64,000 bases of DNA from assembly GCA_033853925.1 (NCBI GenBank), contig JAWOLC010000022.1, positions 6,512 through 70,511 on the forward strand, written 5' to 3'. Below the pieces are notes generated by a model. It made no database searches. It had not been told where the DNA came from and saw nothing but the letters and a program-made list of their open reading frames with translations. Of the stretch, positions 52,631 to 61,584 are shown in pieces. The position numbers and the translations under genes are program-made. The DNA is from Candidatus Eiseniibacteriota bacterium. GTDB lineage: Bacteria > Eisenbacteria > RBG-16-71-46. Within the stretch, counting starts at the first letter, position 1; each line of letters starts with the position of its first letter.

Positions 52631-53698
52631 GTGAGCCGCGAGCGCGCCTTCGCCGTCTCGACCCGCAGCCTGCTCACGGCCCTGGCCCTCGTCGTGGCCG
52701 CGACGCTGGCCTTCGTGCTGCGCGAGGTCCTGATCACGATCTTCGTGGCCGCGGTGCTCTCGGCGGCGCTGGATCCCTGGATCGGATTCCTCGAGCGGCG
52801 CGGCCTGCCGCGGCTCGCGGCGCTGGCCGGCCTCTTCTTCGGCATCCTGGCGATCCTCGTCCTCATCGTCGTCACCTTCGTGCCGGTCGTGGCCGAGCAG
52901 GTGCGCCAGCTCGCCGCCAATCTGCCCGACATCTACCGGCGCAGCGTGGAGTTCCTGCGCAGCACGGGCAGCCCGCAGGTCGCCGGCATGCTGGAGAACG
53001 CGCTGCATTCGCTCACCCAGGGGCTCGGCGAGGCGGCGAAGGGCGCGTTCGGACGGGCGCTCGGCTTCGCCCGGGGCGTGGCTTCGGTGTTCGGCGTGCT
53101 GATCCTCACCTTCTACATGGCCATGGACCAGCGAGGCCTGCGGCGGGTGATCGTCGAGCTGGCGCCCGGCCCCCGGCGCGCGCGCGTGGAGCGGCTCTTC
53201 GACCGCGTGAAGCAGCGGCTCGGCCTGTGGCTCCGCGGCCAGGTGCTGCTCGGAGTCGTGATCGGGGCGCTCAGCTACCTGGGGCTCGTGCTGCTGCACG
53301 TCAAGTTCGCGCTCGTCCTCGCCCTGCTCGCGGGCGTGACCGAGCTGATCCCGGTGATCGGACCGCTCATCGGCGCCGTGCCGGCGATCCTGGTGGCCGC
53401 GTCGGACCACGCTCTCCTGGGCCTGTGGGTGGCCGTCCTCTACGTGGTGATCCAGCAGCTCGAGAACCATCTGCTCGTGCCCCGCATCATGGCCGAGGCC
53501 ACCGGGCTCAACCCGGTCGCGATCATCGTCGCCATCCTGGCCGCGGCGAAGCTGGCGGGGATCGTGGGCGTGCTCCTCGCGGTGCCGGCGGCCATCATCG
53601 TCAAGGCGCTCCTGGACGACTGGGTGGAGGAGCGGTGGCGGCGGGAAGGCGCGGCCAATAGAGCGGGGCTCGAGCTGCGGGCCGGGGGCTTCGAGTAG
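52631..53698 (+). CDS. AI-2E family transporter
   Basis: WLRGQ, IPVIGP, QQLENHLLVPRIM, LLAVP; multi-TM. Confidence 0.93.
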   Translation: MSRERAFAVSTRSLLTALALVVAATLAFVLREVLITIFVAAVLSAALDPWIGFLERRGLPRLAALAGLFFGILAILVLIVVTFVPVVAEQVRQLAANLPDIYRRSVEFLRSTGSPQVAGMLENALHSLTQGLGEAAKGAFGRALGFARGVASVFGVLILTFYMAMDQRGLRRVIVELAPGPRRARVERLFDRVKQRLGLWLRGQVLLGVVIGALSYLGLVLLHVKFALVLALLAGVTELIPVIGPLIGAVPAILVAASDHALLGLWVAVLYVVIQQLENHLLVPRIMAEATGLNPVAIIVAILAAAKLAGIVGVLLAVPAAIIVKALLDDWVEERWRREGAANRAGLELRAGGFE

Positions 53699-53846
53699 CG
53701 AGCGAGCCGGCGCCCTCTCGCGCCGGCCCGCGCTTCCTCCGGGAGCGAGCGCGGCGCGCGAGACGCCCGCGCGAGGTGCGTGGCGGCGCCGACTGCGGTA
53801 ATTTCGGCTCGGCCCGCCGCCTTCTCCCACGGGGATCGACCGCGAC

Positions 53847-55205
53847 ATGCTCAAGCGCTCCACCCTGCAGCGCCACTCCGCGCGCCTGAAGCGCCTTCAG
53901 GTGGGGGAGAAGCTGGTGCGGCGGAACCCGCTCTGGTACGGGCCCGCCGTCCGGCACTTCGCCCGGCTGTCCGCGGCGCCCCTGGAGGCGCGCCGGGCCT
54001 GGGACGCGAAGCGCCTGCGCGCCATGCTCGAGCTGGCCGCGCGCACGCCCTACGGCCGCCGGGCGGGCGGCGGCGCCGACCTCGGCGCCTGGCCCTTCCT
54101 CGACTCGGACACGGCGCGGCGGAGCCCGCGCGACTTCGTCCTCGGCCGGCGCTGGGCGCTGCCGGCCGCGACCGGCGGCACCTCGGGCATTCCCCTTCCG
54201 CTCTGGCGCCCGCCACGCTCGCTGGTGGTGGAGCAGGCCGCTCTGGACCACCTGCTTCGCCGCCACGGCGCGGTGCCGCAGCGGGCGCGCGTCGCCGTGC
54301 TGCGCGGCGACGACGTCAAGGACCTGGCGGATCGCACTCCACCCTTCTGGGTGGATGTTCACGGCGGGCGGCGCCGGGTGTTCTCCTCGAACCACCTGGG
54401 CCGCGACACCGTGTCGGACTACGCCCGGGCGCTGCGCGAGTTCCGCGCCGACTACTGGTGGGTGTACCCGACCACGCTCGGCGCCCTGCTCCACTTCGCG
54501 GGCCAGGCCGGCGAGGCGCTGACCGTGCCGCTCCTGTTCTCCTCCTCCGAGCTGCTGGCGCCGGAGCTGAGCCGCGCGGCGCGAGAGGCGCTGGGCTGCG
54601 AGGTGGTGGACTACTACGGCCAGGCGGAGCGGGTGGCCTTCGCCTGGTGCGACCGGCCGGGGGAGTGGCGCTTCCTGCCCGGCTACGCCCACGTCGAGCT
54701 GGTGCCGCGGGGACGGGACGAAACAGGGGCTCTGTTCGAGATCGCCGGGACCGGATTCTGGAACGACGCCATGCCCCTCGTCCGCTACCTGACGGGCGAC
54801 CTCGTGCGCTTCGCGGCGGCGCCGGACGCGGCCGCGCTCGAGGAGATCGCGCTGGGCACCCGCTCCTTCTGCGGCGTCATCGGCCGGGACGGCGACACCC
54901 TGGTGGCGCCGGACGGCACGCAGCTCACCGGCATCGACCACTTCCACCGCGGCGTGGATCGCGTGGCGCGCATCCAGGTAGTGCACGCCCGCCCCGACCT
55001 GGTCGTGATCCGCGTGCTGCCCGCTCCGGGCTTCGGGGCCGCCGAGCAGGCGCAGATCGAGGCGAACGCGCGCCGCAAGCTGCCGCCTTCGATGCGGATC
55101 GTGGTCGAGGTGGGCGGGGAGCTGGAGCGCACGGCCGCGGGCAAGACGCCGTTCGTCGTGCGGGGGCCGGGCGTCGCGGCGCCGCCGCGCGGCGGTGCGC
55201 GGTGA
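53847..55205 (+). CDS. Phenylacetate-CoA ligase-like (CapK-type) ANL protein
   Basis: TGGTSG, YYGQAE, MPLVRYLTGD, GR, TAAGK. Confidence 0.85.
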   Translation: MLKRSTLQRHSARLKRLQVGEKLVRRNPLWYGPAVRHFARLSAAPLEARRAWDAKRLRAMLELAARTPYGRRAGGGADLGAWPFLDSDTARRSPRDFVLGRRWALPAATGGTSGIPLPLWRPPRSLVVEQAALDHLLRRHGAVPQRARVAVLRGDDVKDLADRTPPFWVDVHGGRRRVFSSNHLGRDTVSDYARALREFRADYWWVYPTTLGALLHFAGQAGEALTVPLLFSSSELLAPELSRAAREALGCEVVDYYGQAERVAFAWCDRPGEWRFLPGYAHVELVPRGRDETGALFEIAGTGFWNDAMPLVRYLTGDLVRFAAAPDAAALEEIALGTRSFCGVIGRDGDTLVAPDGTQLTGIDHFHRGVDRVARIQVVHARPDLVVIRVLPAPGFGAAEQAQIEANARRKLPPSMRIVVEVGGELERTAAGKTPFVVRGPGVAAPPRGGAR

Positions 55206-55423
55206 AGGCCGGGAGCGTCCGGCTTTGACAGCGGCGCGGGGCCGCTTCATCCTCAAGTGCGATCGCGCCGAGCGCCGCGCGGCGGCGGGGGCGTTCCCTC
55301 CGCTCGAGCTCGCTCGATCGGCGTCCGCCTCGTCGAGCGACGCGCTGCACGGCCCGGGCCCGCGGCCGCCCACGGAGAGTTGCACACGATGACCGCCGTT
55401 TCCCCCAGGGGCTCGGCCACGGC

Positions 55424-56902
55424 ATGAGCCGCCACGCCGTCGCGATCGTGCGGCAGGAGCCCGCCGCCTACCCCGAGCGCGCCCCCTACCATCCGCCCGA
55501 GCGCTACCCGGAGCTGCCGCCCGGGGCGGAGCTGGACCCCACGAATCGCGTCTACGCGACCGTGCGCCAGAGCCTGCTCGCCCTGGGACTGGACCGCGAG
55601 CACGCCGGCAGCGCGGCGTGGAATCCGCTCGGCGCCCTGGTGCGGCCCGGGGACACCGTGTTCCTCAAGCCCAACATGATCGCCCACCGGCACCGCCTGC
55701 GCGACGAATGGGACTCCGTGGTGACCCACGGGGCGGTCCTGCGCGCGGTGCTGGATTACGTCCACCTCGCGCTGCGCGGCGAGGGCGCCATCTGGCTGGG
55801 CGACGCGCCGCAGACCGACTCGCTCTGGGACGGCCTGATGGCGCGCATGGGCATCGCGGAGCTGCGCGACTGGTTCCGCGCGGAGCGCGGCTTCGTCCTC
55901 GAGGTGCTCGATCTGCGCGACGAGCACCACGTCGAGCGCGACGGCATCTACGTGGAGACCCGGCGCCTCCCCGGCGACCCGCGCGGCGGCGTCTCGTTCG
56001 ATCTCGCAGCCGACAGCATGTTCCATGCGCTCGACGCGGTGGGGAAGAGCTACTACGGCGCCTACTACGATTGGGCCGAGACCAACGCCCACCATCGCGG
56101 GGGCAGGCACGAGTACCGAATCTCGCGCTCGCCTTTGCTGGCGGACGTGTTCATCAACGTGCCCAAGCTCAAGACCCACAAGAAGTGCGGCCTCACCGTC
56201 AACCTCAAGGGCCTGGTCGGCATCAACGCCGACAAGAACTGGCTCCCGCACTACGCCTTCGGCTCGCCCGGCTCGGGGGGCGACCAGTTCGAGCACGACT
56301 CGCTGCGCGGCCAGATCGAGAACTGGGTGGTGCGCCCGGCCAAGCGGCTGCTGCTCGCGAACGCGCCGGGGTTCAAGAGCCTCGCCCGGCGGACGAAGCA
56401 CGTTGGCTACGACGTCTTCGGCGACACGGAGGAAGTCGTGCGCTCGGGCAACTGGCACGGCAACGACACGGTGTGGCGCATGTGCCTCGACCTGAACCGC
56501 ATCCTCCGCTACGGCGACCCCGACGGCCGACTGCGCGACGCCTCGCGGCCCAAGCGCGTCTTCTCCGTGGTGGACGGCATCGTCGCGATGGAGGGGAACG
56601 GCCCCGTGGCAGGGGACCGCCGCGAGGCCGGCCTGGTGATCGCCGGCGCCGATCCCGTGGCGGTGGACACGGTCTGCGCGCGGCTCATGGGGTTCGATCC
56701 CGCGCGGCTGGCGCTCGTGCACGGGGCCTTCGCCCCGCACCGCTGGCCGCTCACGGACGGCGGCGAGGCCGACATCGCCCCGGTGAGCAACGTGTCCGCC
56801 TGGAACCGCCCCCTCGGCGACTGGCGATCGCAGGATTCGCTGCGCTTCCGGCCCCACTTCGGCTGGACCGGCGCCATCGAGTGGGTCGAAGCCGGGCGCT
56901 GA
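55424..56902 (+). CDS. DUF362 domain protein
   Basis: VFLKPN, VTH, INVPKLKTHKK, VDGIVAMEGNGP, DPVAVD. Confidence 0.9.
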   Translation: MSRHAVAIVRQEPAAYPERAPYHPPERYPELPPGAELDPTNRVYATVRQSLLALGLDREHAGSAAWNPLGALVRPGDTVFLKPNMIAHRHRLRDEWDSVVTHGAVLRAVLDYVHLALRGEGAIWLGDAPQTDSLWDGLMARMGIAELRDWFRAERGFVLEVLDLRDEHHVERDGIYVETRRLPGDPRGGVSFDLAADSMFHALDAVGKSYYGAYYDWAETNAHHRGGRHEYRISRSPLLADVFINVPKLKTHKKCGLTVNLKGLVGINADKNWLPHYAFGSPGSGGDQFEHDSLRGQIENWVVRPAKRLLLANAPGFKSLARRTKHVGYDVFGDTEEVVRSGNWHGNDTVWRMCLDLNRILRYGDPDGRLRDASRPKRVFSVVDGIVAMEGNGPVAGDRREAGLVIAGADPVAVDTVCARLMGFDPARLALVHGAFAPHRWPLTDGGEADIAPVSNVSAWNRPLGDWRSQDSLRFRPHFGWTGAIEWVEAGR

Positions 56903-57129
56903 GGCCGCGCCGCGCTGCGTCACGGTCAGGCTCGCTTCCCCGGCACCCATCGCGCGGGCGGCTGCGCCGCGGCTCGGGTGGGCGCGCCCGTCGGATTGTC
57001 CCGGCCCTGACGCTCCAGCTTGGCTGAAGCCGCAGGATGCCTCTCGCGGCGCACCGCCACTTCGGCCTCGGCCCGCCGCGCATCCCCGCTCGCGCGTGTG
57101 AGCACCGGCTGGCCGGAAGAGGTGAGCCC

Positions 57130-57861
57130 ATGACGATCGCAGGCAGCACCGGCACCGTGAACCATCCGGTGGTCTCGCTGGAGCAATGGCTCGCGGCCCG
57201 CAAGGAACTCCTCACCAAGGAGAAGGAACTCACCCGGCTGCGCGACGAGCTGAGTCGCCGCCGGCGGGAGCTGCCCTGGGTCCGGGTCGAGAAGGCGTAC
57301 GAGTTCGAGGGCCCGGAGGGCAGGGAGACGCTGGCCCAGCTCTTCGAGAACCGGGGCCAGCTCGTCGTCTATCACTTCATGTTCGCCCCCGAGTGGGACG
57401 AGGGCTGCAAGCACTGCTCGTTCTGGGCCGACCACTTCGACAGCACCCGCGTGCACCTGAACCATCGCGACGTCACCCTGGCGGTGGTCTCGCGCGCGCC
57501 CTTTGCCAAGATCGAGGCGTTCCGCCGCCGCATGGGCTGGGGCTTCAAGTGGGTCTCGTCGTTCGGCAGCGATTTCAACCGCGACTTCGGAGTCTCGTTC
57601 ACGCCGGAGGAGGTGCAGGGCAAGGAGGCGGTCTACAACTTCACCAAGATGAAGGTGACGGTGTCTGAACTCCAGGGTGTTTCCGTGTTCTTCCAGGACG
57701 AGAGCGGCACCGTGTTCCGCGCCTACTCGACCTACGCGCGCGGCATCGACATGCTGAACGGCACGTATCAGTTCCTCGATCTCGTGCCGAAGGGTCGAGA
57801 CGAGGACGGGCTCAGCTCCCCGCAGGCCTGGGTCCAGTATCACGACCGTTATCCCGCCTGA
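57130..57861 (+). CDS. DUF899 thioredoxin-like protein
   Basis: WLAARKELL.KEKE, YHFMF, GCKHCSF, WVSSFGSDFN, LDLVPKGRDE. Confidence 0.95.
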   Translation: MTIAGSTGTVNHPVVSLEQWLAARKELLTKEKELTRLRDELSRRRRELPWVRVEKAYEFEGPEGRETLAQLFENRGQLVVYHFMFAPEWDEGCKHCSFWADHFDSTRVHLNHRDVTLAVVSRAPFAKIEAFRRRMGWGFKWVSSFGSDFNRDFGVSFTPEEVQGKEAVYNFTKMKVTVSELQGVSVFFQDESGTVFRAYSTYARGIDMLNGTYQFLDLVPKGRDEDGLSSPQAWVQYHDRYPA

Positions 57862-57886
57862 GCGCGGGCGAGCGGGAGAGCGATTC

Positions 57887-58693
57887 GTGGAGCGAAGCGC
57901 CGGCCTCGAGGTGCGTGCCGCTCGGGCGCGCGAGTGGAGCTTCCTCGCGGCCAGCGCGCTCCTCTTCGTCGCCTGCGCGGCGGCCACGGTCCGCGGCGGC
58001 GCGATGGCCGGCGGGATGCGCATGCCCGGCGGCTGGACGCTGTCCATGACGTGGATGCGGATGCCCGGTCGGCCGTGGCTTGCGGCCGCGGCCTCGTTCC
58101 TCTGGGCCTGGCTCGTGATGATGGTGGCCATGATGCTGCCCTCGCTCGTGGCCACGCTGCGGCGCTACCGCCGTTACGTCGCGGATGAGAGGCGTGCGTC
58201 CGCGGACGGGCCGACCCTGCTCGTGGCGGCGGGCTACTTCGTCGTGTGGGTGGCCGTCGGCGCGCTGGCCTACCCCGCCGGCCTCGCCCTGGCCGCCGCC
58301 GAGATGCGCTCGCCCGCGCTCGCGCGCGCCGTGCCGTGGGCGGCGGGGATCGCCCTGCTCCTCGCGGCCGGGATCCAGCTCACCTCGTGGAAGGCCCGAC
58401 AGCTCGAGCGCTGTCGCCGGGAGCCGGCCTGCTGGACCTCGCCCGCGCTCGCGGCCCGCGACGCCTGGTCGCACGGCCTCCGCATGGGCTGGCACTGCGT
58501 CCTGTGCTGCTCCGGCTACATGCTGACGCTGTTCGTCGTCGGGGTGATGGATCTGCGGGCCATGGCCGCGGTCGCGCTCGCCATCACGGTCGAGCGGCTG
58601 GCGCCGCGGCCGCGGCTCGTCGCGCGAGCCGCCGGGTTCGTCGTCCTGACGGTAGGCGCGATGGTCCTCGCTCGCGCGCTGCGCGTGGGGTGA
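57887..58693 (+). CDS. DUF2182 predicted metal-binding membrane protein
   Basis: WLVMMVAMMLPS, GYFVVW, QLTSWK...C, CVLCC, GVMDL; usual partner of DUF899. Confidence 0.92.
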   Translation: MERSAGLEVRAARAREWSFLAASALLFVACAAATVRGGAMAGGMRMPGGWTLSMTWMRMPGRPWLAAAASFLWAWLVMMVAMMLPSLVATLRRYRRYVADERRASADGPTLLVAAGYFVVWVAVGALAYPAGLALAAAEMRSPALARAVPWAAGIALLLAAGIQLTSWKARQLERCRREPACWTSPALAARDAWSHGLRMGWHCVLCCSGYMLTLFVVGVMDLRAMAAVALAITVERLAPRPRLVARAAGFVVLTVGAMVLARALRVG

Positions 58694-58819
58694 GCGGCAG
58701 CGGCGGACGGCCCGCGCGGGGCGCCGGCTGCGCGGCGCGGCGAGTGAAGAGGCCCGCCCTCCGTACGGCGGCGCGCGCGGGCAGACTTCGCGCCGCGCGG
58801 CGCCGAGGGCGAGGAGGAA

Positions 58820-58838
58820 TGAGCAGCGGTTTCCTCAG
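58820..58838 (+). repeat. Left att core repeat TGAGCAGCGGTTTCCTCAG
   Basis: 18/19 identical to 63321-63339; lies at the compositional boundary. Confidence 0.88.
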
Positions 58839-58908
58839 GGGACCGGACGAAAGATCAACGACATAGACGCGAAGCGAGCCAACGGACATCGCGGAATAGA
58901 GATAGCGT

Positions 58909-58940
58909 GCGGCCCAAGGACTTAGGTATCCTTGGGCCGC
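58909..58940. repeat. 12-bp perfect inverted repeat with IHF-like site (att arm)
   Basis: GCGGCCCAAGGA-cttaggta-TCCTTGGGCCGC; contains CAA-N4-TTA, the core of the IHF consensus WATCAANNNNTTR. Confidence 0.7.
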
Positions 58941-58962
58941 TTCGTGTCCATGGTCAGCGCTG

Positions 58963-59012
58963 GACGATCAGCGACGTGATTGGACGCTGAGACTGTAGCT
59001 GGTTTGTAGCTG
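58963..59012 (+). promoter_or_regulatory. Putative Xis sites (GACG, 10-bp phase) and integrase arm-type sites
   Basis: GACG at 58963/58973/58983; TGTAGCTG at 58994 and 59005. Confidence 0.65.
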
Positions 59013-59018
59013 CTCCCG

Positions 59019-60038
59019 GTGAAGGAGGGCCGTCCGGTGGGTGAGGTTGGATCGCGGACAGTGGGCGTCCTGCTGATTGTGGGTGCGTGCGTCCTCGGCG
59101 GTTGCCCAGGGAGGGCACATGCCGACTGCGCGCCAACGCCCTCAGGCACGCCGAGGTTCACTTCCGTCGAGGTCGCGCGTATCCCTGTCGGGAAGAGCCC
59201 CAACGATCTCTCGGATGAGGAAGTCGGGTGCTGCGGAGAAAACGAGGATCTGGGTTGCGCCTTTCTCGGGCCCGACGGTTCTGCATACGTCTACGACACC
59301 GGCAACGAGAATCTCAAGATCCTTCAGCCCACTGTGGGCGAGCGGTTCAAGCTGAAGGTGTTGCCGGGAATCGCCAGCCTTGAGGTAAGGCAGGGGCTAG
59401 TCTACGACGGGGCAGTCGACGAACAGGGCACGCTCTACCTTCTCGTTGACACGGGAAGACCGACTCAGGGCTATCGTCTCTTCTGGCGGACGCAAAGCGA
59501 TTCGACGTGGCAGCTGGCCGACCCTTTAGCGGTGGAGGGAGGCGTGCCTGTCGGAGGCGGACGCATTCGGGCTCGCCCGGATGGTGACGTGGTCGTTTAC
59601 TTCGCTGACGAGCGCACGAGCCAAAGTTTCATTGTAGCGAGGAATGGAAGGGTGTTGCCTTCCACGGAGCGGGAGACGTTGAGAGCTGGAATCCCTTTGC
59701 CCGGGCATAGGCTTGCGACGCTGCAGCCCGGTGGCATGGCTATTGAGGGCCAAGGGACGCCCATTCTGTTCAGGAACAGGGGGGAATACCTTGGCTGGGA
59801 CGACGCCGGGAATCACTACTTCATCGAATCCTGTCCGGGGCCGCCGTTCGTGCTCCGGCGGTATGACGAGGCCGGAAGCCTGTCAGCAAGCGTGAGGCTC
59901 CCGCAGAGGACGGATGGCTGGAAGCTCATGACGGGGAAGTTCGACTTCCAGGTGACCCGAAACGGCGACGTCCTGCAGTTCTGGTCTACACGGAAGGCAC
60001 TGCAGGTCATCCGGTGGCGCGCTGTGAGCGGCCACTGA
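59019..60038 (+). CDS. Hypothetical secreted protein (island cargo, possible beta-propeller)
   Basis: Hydrophobic N-terminus ending AHA-D; repeated DxxGxxY beta motifs; Cys-rich patch CCGENEDLGC; atypical codon usage. Confidence 0.7.
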   Translation: MKEGRPVGEVGSRTVGVLLIVGACVLGGCPGRAHADCAPTPSGTPRFTSVEVARIPVGKSPNDLSDEEVGCCGENEDLGCAFLGPDGSAYVYDTGNENLKILQPTVGERFKLKVLPGIASLEVRQGLVYDGAVDEQGTLYLLVDTGRPTQGYRLFWRTQSDSTWQLADPLAVEGGVPVGGGRIRARPDGDVVVYFADERTSQSFIVARNGRVLPSTERETLRAGIPLPGHRLATLQPGGMAIEGQGTPILFRNRGEYLGWDDAGNHYFIESCPGPPFVLRRYDEAGSLSASVRLPQRTDGWKLMTGKFDFQVTRNGDVLQFWSTRKALQVIRWRAVSGH

Positions 60039-60063
60039 CTTGGGCACTCGTGAGGCCGCTCAA

Positions 60064-60816
60064 ATGAGCAGGCGTGAAGCGCTCCGAAAGGTACTCACTG
60101 AGTTCCAAGAGGCGACGATTGCCTTCGCGACGGGTCATCAAGACGAAGTCAGCTACAAGAAGTGGGAAGGTGCCCGGAACGAGGTTATGGCGCAGCCCGA
60201 GCTCGTGGCTCGACTTCCGAAGTGGGTCGTCGCGAACCGCTGGGGAAGTCAGTTCTGGAGCTTCATCAAGAGCGAATCGAAGACCTACGACGGTCGCCGC
60301 AGGTTCGTCTGGGCCAGCCTCGGCCCTGTGTTCGAATTCATTGAACGTGGCGCGACGGAGCCGACAGCGCGGGCACTTGAACCTCTGCTGGGCAGAGTAT
60401 CTGCGGAGAGCGTCGCCGAGGCCTGGTCGAAGGCCCAAGCTCGTCGAGAGTCTGATCCAGAAGGTGTGATAACTGCGGCGCGGAGTCTCTTGGAATCTGT
60501 ATGCAAGTTCATTCTGGAAGAAATGGGCGAAGCGTTCGAAGATTCCGACGACCTGCCTCAGCTATACCGGCGAGTAGCGACCGCCATGAAGCTTAGTCCG
60601 GCGGATCATCCAGAGCAGGTGTTCAAGCAGATCCTTAGCGGGTGTGTGTCTGTGGTGGGTGGCCTGGCAGCTCTTCGGAATGCCTTTGGGGATGCGCACG
60701 GGAAGGGGAGGAGGGCTGCCAAGCCGTCGTCGCGTCACGCGGACCTTGCGCTGAATCTGGCCGGGAGCCTTGCGACATTCCTCATCGCAACCTACGAAAC
60801 GCGGAAAGGAAAGTAA
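60064..60816 (+). CDS. Abortive infection family protein (Abi_C / AbiJ-like HEPN domain)
   Basis: LPKWV...QFWSFIK...YDGRR N-domain; ITAARSLLESVCKFIL, DLPQLY, LRNAFGDAHG (Rx6H HEPN motif). Confidence 0.88.
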   Translation: MSRREALRKVLTEFQEATIAFATGHQDEVSYKKWEGARNEVMAQPELVARLPKWVVANRWGSQFWSFIKSESKTYDGRRRFVWASLGPVFEFIERGATEPTARALEPLLGRVSAESVAEAWSKAQARRESDPEGVITAARSLLESVCKFILEEMGEAFEDSDDLPQLYRRVATAMKLSPADHPEQVFKQILSGCVSVVGGLAALRNAFGDAHGKGRRAAKPSSRHADLALNLAGSLATFLIATYETRKGK

Positions 60817-60904
60817 GGCCGGATGGCCGCGAGGCCGAAGGTAGTGGTCACGCGTGGACAGGGGACGACAAGCGAGGGCGAAACGAGGAAAATCGATTTC
60901 GCCC

Positions 60905-60933
60905 TTGACTGACGCGGATGTGAGGACCATAGT
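60905..60933 (+). promoter_or_regulatory. Sigma-70-type promoter
   Basis: TTGACT-17 nt-CATAGT; the -35 abuts the inverted repeat AGGGCGAAA/TTTCGCCCT (60875-60905). Confidence 0.65.
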
Positions 60934-60939
60934 ACGCAC

Positions 60940-61087
60940 GAGTGGCGGCGCCTGAAGTACCCTGCGTTAGACGCGGTGGAGAGAGAAGGGCGCCTCAAAA
61001 CTCCAAGAGAATGGAATAGTCACCCGAGATGAGTCAGCTCCGGGAATGTGGGCAGAGTGGCCCCGTTTCCCGGGGCTTTTTGTTTTT
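60940..61087 (+). ncRNA. Candidate structured small RNA (~150 nt)
   Basis: Lies between a promoter and an intrinsic terminator with no complete ORF inside; stems GGCGCCT/GGGCGCC, CTGCGT/ACGCGG, TCCA/TGGA, CCCG/CGGG. Confidence 0.5.
61060..61087 (+). terminator. Rho-independent terminator
   Basis: GCCCCG-tttcc-CGGGGC followed by TTTTTGTTTTT. Confidence 0.85.
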
Positions 61088-61231
61088 GCGGAAGGTGGGC
61101 GGCGCGTCGCGGTCGTGGATCTGCCAGCGATTGAGGCGCGGGACCTTGGGAGGCTTCGTTCCCGATTCGGAGCCTGCAGCACGTAGCGAATCGGCGCGAG
61201 GGCGACGCAGAGGCGGTCCTGGCGTGATAGG

Positions 61232-61278
61232 GGCGGGCAGACTTCGCCTCGTTGCTTGACGCACAGAGTCTGCCCGCC
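61232..61278. repeat. 12-bp perfect inverted repeat upstream of xis-int
   Basis: GGCGGGCAGACT (61232-61243) / AGTCTGCCCGCC (61267-61278); the 23-nt spacer contains TTGACG. Confidence 0.75.
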
Positions 61279-61328
61279 ACTTGGACAGGGTGGGTCACGG
61301 GGTGGCGGACCAAAGGCCGGAGGGTGTG

Positions 61329-61571
61329 ATGGGTGGGGAGTTCGAGGAGGCGGTGCTGGGTTGGGCGCGGGCGGAGGGGGAGCAGGAGGCGCGGCGGGAG
61401 CGGTTGGGGCAGTCGCTGATGAGCGTGAAGGATGTCGCCCGATTCCTGCGGGTCAGCGAGAAGACCGTGCGACGGATGGAGGCGAGGGGAAAGCTGCGGC
61501 GTTGTGTCGGCCTGGACTACCTGGTTAGATTCCGGCCCAGCGATGTCCTGCGGCTCGCTTCGGCGAAGTGA
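61329..61571 (+). CDS. Excisionase-type helix-turn-helix protein (HTH_17)
   Basis: LMSVKDVARFLRVSEKTVRRM..RGKL...VRFRPSDV; RBS GGAGGG; directly upstream of the integrase. Confidence 0.88.
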   Translation: MGGEFEEAVLGWARAEGEQEARRERLGQSLMSVKDVARFLRVSEKTVRRMEARGKLRRCVGLDYLVRFRPSDVLRLASAK

Positions 61572-61584
61572 AAGGGGGCCGAAG

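Noticed and set aside
58777-58791. Exact 15-nt match GCGGGCAGACTTCGC between the host flank and the island interior (61233-61247), considered as a possible guide/target pairing
   Set aside because: A 15-mer match is plausible by chance in 64 kb of GC-rich DNA. CAGACT may be a -10-like promoter motif at both places, and the internal copy lies outside the candidate ncRNA. Worth rechecking only if sibling elements show covarying matches.
58795-58870. Intact tRNA-Arg(CCT) at either att core
   Set aside because: Only a D-arm/anticodon-like stretch resembles a tRNA; no acceptor stem, T-arm (GTTCRA) or CCA at 58820 or 63321
61029-61259. 76-aa ORF and overlapping minus-strand ORFs in the Abi-xis intergenic region
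   Set aside because: No RBS, the + frame runs through an intrinsic terminator, and the sequences have no recognisable features
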